A program made the position numbers and the translations under genes. From the NCBI GenBank assembly GCA_030704615.1, contig CM060734.1:9052001-9116000 (forward strand): a stretch of DNA of 64,000 nucleotides. Reading direction: 5' to 3'. The notes beneath the pieces were generated by a model, which had not been told where the DNA came from, ran no database searches, and saw only the letters and a list, made by a program, of their open reading frames with translations. This document shows, piece after piece, positions 1 to 9,860 of this stretch (its first letter is position 1; each line of letters opens with the position of its first letter). Origin of the DNA: Takakia lepidozioides (Eukaryota > Plantae > Bryophyta).

Positions 1-1195
1 TCCGTCCGGAATATCCAAGATGATCATATCGCAAGACCACTCGGTGGCATTTCCGCCCCTCCTGCAATCCTTGTCCGCACACACCCTCTCAAAGACGAGA
101 CCATCTTCAGAAACCCCAGGGGTGTCGGAAGGCTCTTTGGCAGCCGCCTTCTTCAGTGCTCTGCCCTTCAGACCCTCCATGGTCTTCATGTATGCCAACT
201 TCGCTGCCCGTCCATCCAAAGCCGCCAAGAAACTCTCATTCACACACTGGACTACTGTTCGGGATCCACTTTTGGCCTCTTCATTTCCACCGCTCGAAAG
301 GGTGCCCCCCGGGGGGTTGAAGAGTGCCTTCTTTGCCGAGCCTGTTCTCGTCCCTCTCGTGACAACGGTGGGCACAGGGGATTTTTGGCTGCATCTCGGG
401 GGGTGGGCTGGTTGCAAAGTCTCCATCGGAGTCCTCTTCCTCACCCTCTACCTGCACTATCTGTTTCTGCTTCTTCGTTTTCTTGGGTGTCACAACTGCT
501 GCTCCTTGCTGGCGAGTCCGCTTCTTGGACCCCTTCTGTTGAGCCTGCACAGCTGCATCCACTGTCTTCTGTGCCATCTCAGCTGCCTTTCTGGATTGTT
601 CTAGAGCAGCAGCTTCCTTTGCCGACTCTGGCCGAGTAGGGACATGTCTTTCCTTTCTCTTCTCTTCTGCTTTCACATGCAGATCTTTCTCAGACTCGTC
701 AACAATTCCACCAGACATGTCCAGGTACCACGGGCATCCAACCAGATGCGCGGCCATTGTTTCTGCATCTCGGGTGTGTAGACACAGCTTGGGCCCGCCA
801 CGGTCCAAGCCATGAAGAACGGGGGCTCTTGAGCTAGGGCCCTTGTCTGAAGAAGCACGTATTTCATATACCTGCAGGGCAGTCAGCATGCGTGAGCAAA
901 AGTTGAGACCAACGTACTCGCAGAGTGCAACCGAAAACTTAAAATGCGAATGCGGTGCCGCATTTCCCAGACAAACCTCATAACCAAGCTTCGCATACAA
1001 GGACAGCTGGGCTTCACCTGTAAACAATTCGCATTGCAGCTTTTCCCGCTCCCTCCTGATGTGTAAACTCCACGCTCCTTCTTGCTGTCTGCAGCTCCCT
1101 GGCGAAGAGGTTGTCTTTGTACGCACATCTGAAACGTGTCACGTAGTCTTCCAATGTCTGTGTTCCATCCATTTGACATACAAGCCGAACGAAAT
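1..1195 (-). pseudogene. ParB-MTase-like gene copy A, 3' exons (central region running into MTase motif IV, cut by the window edge)
   Basis: Reverse complement is clearly homologous to 23860-25045 (DGTQTLEDYVTRFRCAYKDNLFARELQTARRSVE; WYLDMSG; KKAAAKEPSDT). Positions 1-30 read DMIILDIPDG. Frameshifted. Confidence 0.75.
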
Positions 1196-2966
1196 ATCCT
1201 TGGAGGACTTGGCCGACATGCCATCTTGTAATTTGGCGGAGACTGTTCACAACGCCTGGATGCAGCAATCTACCAAAGCAGGTCGTGACTTGTATGTGGC
1301 CACTGCTGATGACATGGTGCGGGCACTTACACAACAAACCATGTACCGCAATTTTCTGATGGGACGGGGTGGAGGCAAGGGCCCCGGTACGACTTTGTTG
1401 ATGCTAAGGGCTGCGAGTAGGTCCGGAGACCCATCGAAGATGGCCAGAGCTCTGAACAGGTACACTGAAGGCTCCCCTTTGCAATCCAGGCTCCCTCATT
1501 TGGAAGGTGAGGAAAGATTTGGATCATGCAAAAGGAAATTGAACACTCTTCCAGGGTCAGATGGAGATTCCCATCACCCAGACAGGGTCAATTTCTCTGT
1601 GCCAAAGGTGTCTCCAGTGCAGAGTAAGTCGTGTGCCAGCCCCTTCCCAGGTGGGTCCTCCTCCAGTGGAGCAGGTGCAGAACATGCAAGCACATCAGCA
1701 GGAATCCCATTGGAGGAGGTGGTGATAGTGAGTGGCATATAAAACGCACCCCACCAGGATCTAGAGTTGCTTGCATGGCAATTCGGACCCCCTCTTTCAA
1801 GAAATGCAAATAAAAAATATGCAAAGGCTCTAGGGGGACTCTAGCTCCAACATTCACAAGGTTGTTCCGACCTTATCATAGTGGGGAGTCAAAGGACCAC
1901 AAGTTCTGGTTCTGCCCAGACGATATGGCACAATGCGTCAAGGGAACAGTTCGTCCTTCGGTGATAATGAAACCCCCTCCCCCCGCAATTTGGCCTGTGA
2001 AACTTGGGACGTCGCTGTCAACAACCGAGATAAGCATGCTGGAGGAGGGAGGGTTTTGTCTTGCACGGTCCCGGGTGGTGCCCTTGTGCACTATCGGCAC
2101 AGATGTGCCACATGCTCCGGAAATGCCTCCACCCGGTGCCGACTCCCACCCAACAAAAAGAGATGGAAAAACAGTGCGCCGTGTCGCTTCGGGTGCAGAT
2201 CATGAATGCAAGATGGAATCGGCTAGAATTTTGCAGGCTCGGGTGGCTCGTATCACCGAAGTCCCTGCCCCGGGGTATGGACAGATTTACACAGTGCTGT
2301 CTATTGGCTCAGTTCTTCATGGCAAAGAATATCAGGTTACCGTGGGGAATTTCCCTACTTGCACTTGTCCGGATTTTGTAACGATGCGTGAGGGCGCTCT
2401 CGGCATGAGGGGAAGTGGGTCCCCTGCAAGCATCAATATTACATATACCTTGTAATTATGTGTTTGCGACGGTAAGAGAGACCAATTCATTCACCAAGCC
2501 ACACTAGGCTACGGAGAAGTCATCACCCCTCTACAGCGGGACACCTCACGTAGGGCTCCGCCAAATTCTCTTTGAACACATACGAGCCATGCCCGCTTCC
2601 CACGCTGGTTTCCAGGTTACCATGTGAAGACTTTGCATTTAGGACAAACACATACATTTTGTTCATGGAACCAGCGCAAATGCACATGCCATTCATTGTA
2701 AGCGTCTATCTGTGAATTGAAATAAAGTGTGTCAATCATTCAGAGCTCAATTCTGCCATATTTTCATATTCATCTTTTTGTGCAGGCATTGCAGACATGG
2801 TGCATGGTGGCCCCCTTTGTTTTGTCCACGGTAATAGGCCCTCTTCTTGCAATCCTCGCCTGTAGGACCTTCTTCTCCAGCAGATTTGTGCCGCTCACGC
2901 TTTGCAGGTACAACATGAGCTCAGCTCCCAGGCTCACGGGGCTGGGCTCACGCCGTAGCTACGCTG
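1196..2966 (+). mobile_element. Mutator-like element family 1, 3' fragment with intact terminus, inserted in gene copy A
   Basis: SCNLAETVHNAW (catalytic E region) and SWIM zinc finger CTCPDF...PCKH. Near-identical to 38118-38980 and 33335-34287. Ends ...CTCACGCCGTAGCTACGCTG at the same point as the second copy. Confidence 0.8.
1197..2574 (+). pseudogene. MULE-type DDE transposase, C-terminal half with SWIM zinc finger
   Basis: ORF pieces 1059-1742 and 1862-2455; YQVTVGNFPTCTCPDF...CKH; frameshifts and stops. Confidence 0.8.
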
Positions 2967-4320
2967 CAATCCAGGTTGTTGGGGTGGGCTTGGGCTATGT
3001 ACTCCATCCATGCCAGGAGGCGATGATTGTCGTCCCACACGTAAAACATCTTTCCGGACAAGTGCTGGAAAAGAGGATCAGTAGCAATAAATCTCTCGAA
3101 CTCCTCATTTCGCCTTTGCCAATGGGGACCCCATTTGTCCACCTCATCGGAAGTGTGGGCACGAGAAGCTCCATGGTCGTTCTTGATGGAAACGTAAAAC
3201 GCGGCAGACCCTATTCAATATCCCTCCCGGAAAGAGAATTTCAGCTTGTCGATATCGGCTGGGAGTCTCACCACCTGCAAAGACACCAAGCGGCAAAGGG
3301 GAATCCGAAGCTTGGCTGGGTACACCATGCCCCCCAGGACCCTGCCAATGTTGTTGTGGGTTGCCTCCAACATTTTGGCAGCGGCCAACTTCATATCCGC
3401 CTCCGACATGACGTCTGTTGCAGGGGGGTTCTCCAGCAGCCCACCAGGACCGCCAAATCCAGCATGTATGCTCCGGGTTTGGGGCCTGGGGATGTCCGGG
3501 AGGATGTCATCCTGGTCAGAAAGCTCCCTCTCGTCGTCCTCAACATGGTCAACCACTGGCGGAAGCACCTCGAGCACTCTCCCCGTCTCTACTGCCCTCT
3601 CCCTGGCTTCACCTCGAACTTCCACAATCAGTGCTCTTTGTGGTGTTCTTTCCCCTCCTCCAGTCTCCACCGTATGGGTAATTGCGGGGGCTGCTCCCAC
3701 CCGCGATGGTGTAACCGGTGTATTACTGCCTGTTTGTGGTGTCTTGGAGGGATCCATCGTCTCTGTGCGTCCCTCGCTTACATGGGCATCTGTCATTTCG
3801 ATACCCCTGGCCTCTTCAGTGGCCTTTTCTCTTGCCTCCTGGCTAGCCTTCTGTCTCGCCTGTTCTTTTGCCCTCTCTTTTGCCCTCTCACAGGCCTTCT
3901 GTTTCTTACTAGGGGTAGCAGCAGGGGAGGCCTACAGGACGACCACCTTTGATTGAGGCGAACTGACACCCTCACGCGCCCTGCTCACTCCCCCCTCCGC
4001 AGCCTGTGACGGCTCTCTCACCGGGGATTGCATGTGCTTGGCTTTCTTCTTCTTCTTTGCATGGGCGGGCACTACTGCATGTGCATCAGCTTCCTCCATT
4101 GCCGGATCTGCTGTCCTCATCTGACGCCCTTCACCTGCCATGCCGCCTACACCAACCTCCCGAATGCCTATTCTGGCGTACTCTCGCTGCAGGTCCTCCC
4201 ATCCACCAACAAAAGGAGCAAGTTTGTGTTTGCCCTCCCGCCCCAAGTTGGGCGATCCAAACATGCAAAGCAGCTGCTCCGACGTCTGCTGCCGACGACT
4301 CTCTGACTGCGCTTGAAGAC
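2967..4320 (-). pseudogene. ParB-MTase-like gene copy A, 5' part (low-complexity N-terminus plus ParB/Srx-like domain)
   Basis: LRIPLCRLVSLQVVRLPADIDKLKFSFREGY ... KMFYVWDDNHRLLAWMEYI (ORFs 3215-3796 and 2948-3142); homologous to 22640-22800. The 5' limit is approximate. Confidence 0.7.
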
Positions 4321-4669
4321 TAGTGGCTTTTGGAGTTACTGCTCGAGCAGTTGGAGCTGTCGATGATACACCACCGTGTCGCGCTCGTCTTCACTCTGTC
4401 ATCCCCAACAATCGTGAGAACCATCATCGAAATGAAAACCACCATCGCAACCACCATCTCAACAATCATGGAACAACAATGAAAACAAACCCAAGCAATG
4501 CCTAACAATCACATGCAGAAGTAGCAGAAGGATGCCAAAACAAACCAAACAAAGCGAAGAAGACCGCACATGTTACACAAAGCGAAAGAGGAAGGGGCTT
4601 GCCTGAGAGTGGTCGGCTTCAGTTGGCGCGGGCTGTGAGCAAGACAAGGGGACTTCATCAATCGCCCGC

Positions 4670-4895
4670 TAGATGGAAAAAACGACACCGAATTTCCATC
4701 CAGCGGATGGTGTAGGACGCAACGTGGCCCTCCCTCCGCCCGAGCCGTTCTCATCCAGGAGCCGCCGGATGGAAAACCGGCGCCGAATTTTCATCCTGCG
4801 GGTAAGTCGGAGAGCGGCCGGATGGAAAATCGGCACCGAATTTTCATCGTGCAGGTAAGTCGGTCCACCTCATGGATGGAAAATTGGCACCGAAA
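4670..4895. repeat. Dispersed copies of the GGATGGAAA..CGGCGCCG..TTTCCATCC palindrome
   Basis: Four copies at about 4672, 4767, 4820 and 4875, same motif as the downstream array. Confidence 0.8.
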
Positions 4896-5049
4896 TTGTC
4901 TCTAGCGGACGACAATGGTGGGAATAACCTGCCAAAAAGTGGCCTGCAGGCAAAAAACTCTAAGTTTAGTGTCTGAACAGAGAAAAAAACGCGAAAAAGT
5001 TGATGCAACGACTGAAAATGGTTGATGAAGGGCCGATACGGGCGTCTGT

Positions 5050-6215
5050 GGATGGATATTCGGCGCCGTTTTTCCATCCTCCAGATGCTCTCTGTCGACC
5101 TCTCCCCCCGAGACGAGTTCATCTGGCCGGCCTCGGATGGAAATTCGGCGCCGTTTTTCCATCCGGGGGATGATCTCCGTCGGCCAGGTGTCGGCCTCTC
5201 CCCCCGAGACGACTTCATCCGGCCGGCCTCGGATGGAAATTTGGCGCCGTTTTTCCATCCAGAGGATATTCTCTGTTGGCCACGTGGCGGCCTCTCTCCC
5301 CGAGACGACTTCATCCGACCGGCCTCGGATGGAAATTCGGCGCCGTTTTTCCTTCCGGAGGATGTTCTCTGTTGGTCACGTGCCGGCCTCTCCCCCCGAG
5401 ACGAGTTCATCCGGCCGGCCTCGGATGGAAATTCGGCGCCGTTTTTTCCATCCGGGGGATGATCTCTGTCAGCCAGGTGTCGGCCTCTCCCCCCGAGACG
5501 ACTTCGTCCGAACGGCCTCGGATGGAAATTCGGCGCCCTTTTTTCATCCAAAGGATATTCTCTGTCGGCCACGTGGCGGCCTCTCTCCCCGAGACGACTT
5601 CATCCGACCGGCCTCAGATGGAAATTCGGCGCCGTTTTTTTCATCCGGAGGATATTCTCTGTCGGCCACATGGCGGCCTCTCTCCCCGAGATGACTTCAT
5701 CCGACCGGCCTCGAATAGAAATTTGGCACCGTTTTTCCATCCGGAGGATATTCTCTGTCGGCCACGTGTCGGCCTCTCCCCACGAGACAAGTTCATCCGG
5801 CCGGCCTCGGATGGAAATTCGGCGCCGTTTTTCCATCCGGGGGATGATCTCTGTCAGCCAAGTGTCGGCCTCTCCCCCCGAGACGACTTCATCCGAACGG
5901 CCAGGTGTCGGCCTCTCTCCACGAGACGACTTCATCCGGCTGGCCTCGGATGGAAATTCGGCGCCGTATTTCCATCCGGGGGATGATCTCTGTCGGCCAC
6001 GTGGCGGCCTCTCTCCCTGAGACGACTTAATCCGACCGGCCTCGGATGGAAATTCGGCGCCATTTTTTTCATCCAGAGGATATTCTCTGTCGGCCACGTG
6101 TCCGCCTCTCCCCCCGAGACAAGTTCATCCGGCCGGCCTCGGATAGAAATTTGGCGCCATTTTTTCCATCCGGGGGATGATCTCTGTCAGCCAGGTGTTG
6201 GCCTCTCCCCCCGAG
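5050..6215. repeat. Tandem array of about 12 x 96-bp GC-rich units, each with a 30-bp imperfect palindrome
   Basis: GGATGGAAATTCGGCGCCGTTTTTCCATCC recurs at about 5135, 5231, 5327, 5423, 5520, 5616, 5713, 5809, 5948, 6044 and 6141. Confidence 0.95.
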
Positions 6216-6940
6216 TGTCGTGCACCTCACTTTGGTAAACTCCCCTTCAAGTCATAGTTACTCGGTTTGATGCGCGCGCCTGACTCCCAACCTGGCCGCC
6301 GGGCCAACTTGGAGCTTCGGTTGCTCACCGGGACATAACGGTCCCCCTTCGCTTCCCACTAAACCCTCCACCTATTTGGGACTAGTGGAATTCCCTTTGG
6401 TAGATGGCAGTCCGGAACAGCTCCCCATTGTTTGGTCGCTTTCCGGCTCGCTCGCTTACTCACTAGTTTTTGGTCACCAACGGGCTTGCACCGTTCTCGG
6501 GGTTACTACTCCCTATATATACTTCTGTAGCTGTCCGCGGGGGTTTCATAACCAGCCATGCCATTTTATGGCGAACCACCACGAAAACCCTCGACTCCCG
6601 GTGATGAGTCGCGGTGAGTCTTGGCCCACTCACCACGGCCCCTATGGACCGTGATGAGTCCCAAGACTCCCCACGACTCCCACCACGAGGTCTCCGCCCC
6701 CATGGTGAGTCCTATGCCACCCCCACTAAGTCCCGCTAAGCTACCACCACCCCTTGTGGAGCCACCCCCACCGCAACCCGGTGTGCAGGGCTCCACCTAG
6801 TGAGCGCCTCCGCCTCCTTCAGTGCCTTGGGCACTCAAGGGTGCTTCAGCCCCCCATACCTATCGCTGCCGATGCCCCCACCACAGGGGTAGCCCCTCAT
6901 GTGTCCCGACCCCCTGCCCTCAAGGCAAAGGGCCGCGACA
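6216..6940. mobile_element. Solo LTR (725 bp), no target-site duplication
   Basis: Begins TGTCGTG and ends CGCGACA (short inverted termini, TG...CA). TATA-like CTATATATA near 6513. Flanks CCGAG / GCAAT differ. Confidence 0.65.
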
Positions 6941-7128
6941 GCAATTGTACGGACTTCTCGTTGATGGAAGCAAAGAAGGGGTCAAAGTATTATCCGTGCA
7001 AGCATCTGTATTACATTTACCTGAAGAGATTGAGGATGAACTTGACTATTGATGACTTTATTCATGCACCAGCGTTGAGCGTGAACGAGCTGCACAAACT
7101 CCTCCGCCGGGATTCCAGAAATCATTGA
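6941..7128 (+). pseudogene. SWIM zinc-finger tail of a family-2-like Mutator transposase
   Basis: (C)NCTDF...YPCKHLYYIYLKRL...FIHAPALS; homologous to 49630-49827. Confidence 0.8.
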
Positions 7129-7399
7129 TGGGGCAAAGGGAATCCACCATATGGATATTTGCAATTGCATTTTGATGCATTAGACTTTGTTTTGCAGTGT
7201 AATGAAATGCACCCCAAAACTCTTGGAATGAGACAGACAATATTAAAGTAATGTCTTTTAAATACTATGGACTGCTGGATATCCGTTGACGTCCAGTGGC
7301 AATTCAATGTCGAAACAGAATCAATACAAAGATGGTGGCAGGAAAAATTTGCAAATCTTCCAGACAGTTCCAACAGTAGCAGTTGTGGAGGCCATTTCT

Positions 7400-7977
7400 G
7401 GAAAAATGGCGCCGAATTTTCCTACTTTGGGCCGAAAACTGGCTAAGTCCCAACATATACAGGAACGATGTCTGGAAAAATGGTGTCGAATTTCCAGTTA
7501 CATGGCCCAGAACTGCCCAACATCTGTGCAATCCCCGGCACCATGTACCGAAATTCGGCGCCACATTTCTAAATTTTGGGCTTACACTTCAACCATGTTG
7601 GGACCTATAGCCGCGAAATTCGGCACCATTTTTCGCCGGAGACACCTATTACCGCGAAATATGTTGCAGATTTCTCCGGTTGCGGAAACTATTACCGCGA
7701 AATTCGGCGCCATTTTTGCAGATGTCGTTCGGAATTCGCATGAGCGGAAGACAAAATATCATGAGCACGGCTCTCAAAACTACAATTTCTACTTCAAACA
7801 ATGAATATTATATTGGTTTTTTCTTTTCTTTTTTTCTTTTTTCTGACACATTCAATTAAAATAATGTTTTTAATGTTTTTTATTTCCCTAATTTGTACTT
7901 CTGCTCATGAAAACCGATTGTCTTACTACTCCGCTCATGCCGCTCATGCCACTCATGCTCATGAAATAGCTAACCTC
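7400..7977. mobile_element. Subterminal AAATTCGGCGCC repeats and right TIR of a Mutator-like element
   Basis: Ends GCTCATGCCGCTCATGCCACTCATGCTCATGAAATAGCTAACCTC, matching 50590-50649 directly and 29199-29250 as an inverted repeat. Confidence 0.75.
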
Positions 7978-8830
7978 TTTCAGCTGGAAGGTAGTAGCCC
8001 TTGTGGTGAAGTGACACCATAAGTTACGCTCCCTTCGGGAGGCTGAGAGGGCTGAGAGGGCTGAGAGGGCAGCACTCCCCCTCCATTTTTATTTATTTTT
8101 TATCAGCAGAGAGAGAAAGGGGGAGAGGGAGAAGGAGAAAAAGATAGAGGGAGAGGGAGAGAGGGGAAGGGGGAGAGTCGGGCCTTGTTTGTTTTTGGCG
8201 TGTGAAATGACACGGTAGTAGTGTTGTGGGCGCAGGGATAAGCTCGGTGAAGGGAGAAGGAAGGACAAGGAGAAGGCGCCGGCAAAGGACAAGGAGAAGG
8301 CGTTGGCGAAGGACCAGAAATTGCCTGCCGCTAAGGTAGGGAAGCCTGACAACACTCCCGTCATGGACGGCCGTGTGACACAGTCCACTTGGTCCAAACT
8401 CACCAGCCCTATAGGTGGCTATGTGAGAGGACCAAGCCAGAAGGCTGTCGAGGCCGCACTTACGCGGGGAAGCGCATTCTCAGATCTGGGCACAGGATGG
8501 GCACCTTGAGCTTACCCCCACCACCAATGCATTTTCCCCTTCTTCTGCCCGAGGGGGGGGGGGGGGGGGGGGGGCCCTCCTCACCTTGGAGAAGAGGGAG
8601 GCTTCAAAGGAGGCCGCAATGAGGTGGAAGGAGGAGGAAAGGAAGAGGGAGGAAGACAAGAAGAGGGAAGAGGGAAATAGGGGGCACGGGAAAGGGAGGG
8701 GGAAGAGTCCAGAGGGAGACACTGGCTTTGGAGGGCCCCTTGCAAAGTTCGTCGCCTGAACGGTCAATGAATAAGACCTTGGACTTTGGGGCGCCGCCTG
8801 CGAGCCTATTGAGTGCATGGGACAGGCTTC

Positions 8831-9828
8831 TGTCGAGCGGCTTTTACTCACCCATCCCTTCGCTATCCGAGGTGGGAACTCCAAGATAGAAGAGTTGGAT
8901 ATCTCTAAGCACTCAGCCCGCTCAGAACAATCAGTCGTGACCTACAACTAGTGTATCATGGGAGTGCTTCCTGTTTGTATTTCCTTGCTTCATGTTAGCA
9001 AGATACCTTACTGTTTATATTTAAGTATCAGATTGCTTCAGCAATCTACCAGGTTCCAATCACTCATCCATACATTCCACAGCTTCATTCAGATCTCTCT
9101 ACACAGTGTGAGTATGGAATGTGTATCAGATTAAGATCTATCAAGTATCAGGCCGAAGCCATGGTGTCCCTAGTCTGCTCTACAGTATAACTCTACAGCT
9201 TGCATGGATCAAGCATCAACAGTTCGTGTCTCCTCCTCCACTGTGCTCTCCATTCCTCAGCTCCAGATCCTCCTCTCACCCTGATAGCCAAGTCGTGATG
9301 CCAGAAGTGTGTGTTCTCCCCATTGCTACCCTGCCTTTTCTACCTGCAAGCTGTCCTAACTGCCTAATTAACTAACTAACTAACTGTCATCCAGACAGAA
9401 TACACGTTCCCTCTGCCGATGTGGTTCCCACACAGTCGTTCCCTGCCATGGTAACCGTTCCCTACGAATGTTGTGACGGGCTGTGCCCAACTGTGTCGGC
9501 TGTGACTCGCTATGTCGGACTGTGCCGGGCTGTGGCTAACTGTGTCGGGCTGTGTAAAGCTGTGTCGGGCTGTGGCTAACTGTGTCGAGCTGTGATAGAT
9601 TGTGATAGGCTGTGATAAACTGTGATAGGCTGTGTAAGGCTGTATCAGACTGTGACAAGCTGTGTCAAGCTGTGTCTAACTGTGTAAGACTATGACTGAC
9701 TATGTAAGCCTGTCTACCACCGCTAAGGCCTGTGTTGGTCTAAGTCTACCATCCGTAAGTCTGCGCAAAAATTAAGGGTACCCCACAGAACCCATAAAAC
9801 TGTCTAAGTCCTAAACAGCCCTCTAACA
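8831..9828 (-). repeat. 3' LTR of Gypsy element 1
   Basis: Minus strand TGTTAGAGG...GCTCGACA; direct repeat of 20880-21869. Confidence 0.95.
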
Positions 9829-9846
9829 TTACCCCTCCCCCTCTCA
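9829..9846 (-). promoter_or_regulatory. Polypurine tract
   Basis: GAGAGGGGGAGGGGTAA immediately 5' of the 3' LTR on the minus strand. Confidence 0.9.
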
Positions 9847-9860
9847 AAAAAACCGTGTCC

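Noticed and set aside
2729-3952. 407-aa plus-strand ORF
   Set aside because: Antisense shadow of the ParB-like gene that crosses an insertion junction; no recognisable motifs.
4844-6097. Long ORFs in several frames
   Set aside because: By-products of a stop-poor 96-bp tandem repeat.
5050-6215. CRISPR-like array of palindromic 30-bp repeats
   Set aside because: The intervening sequences are themselves repeated, there are no cas genes, and the context is eukaryotic.
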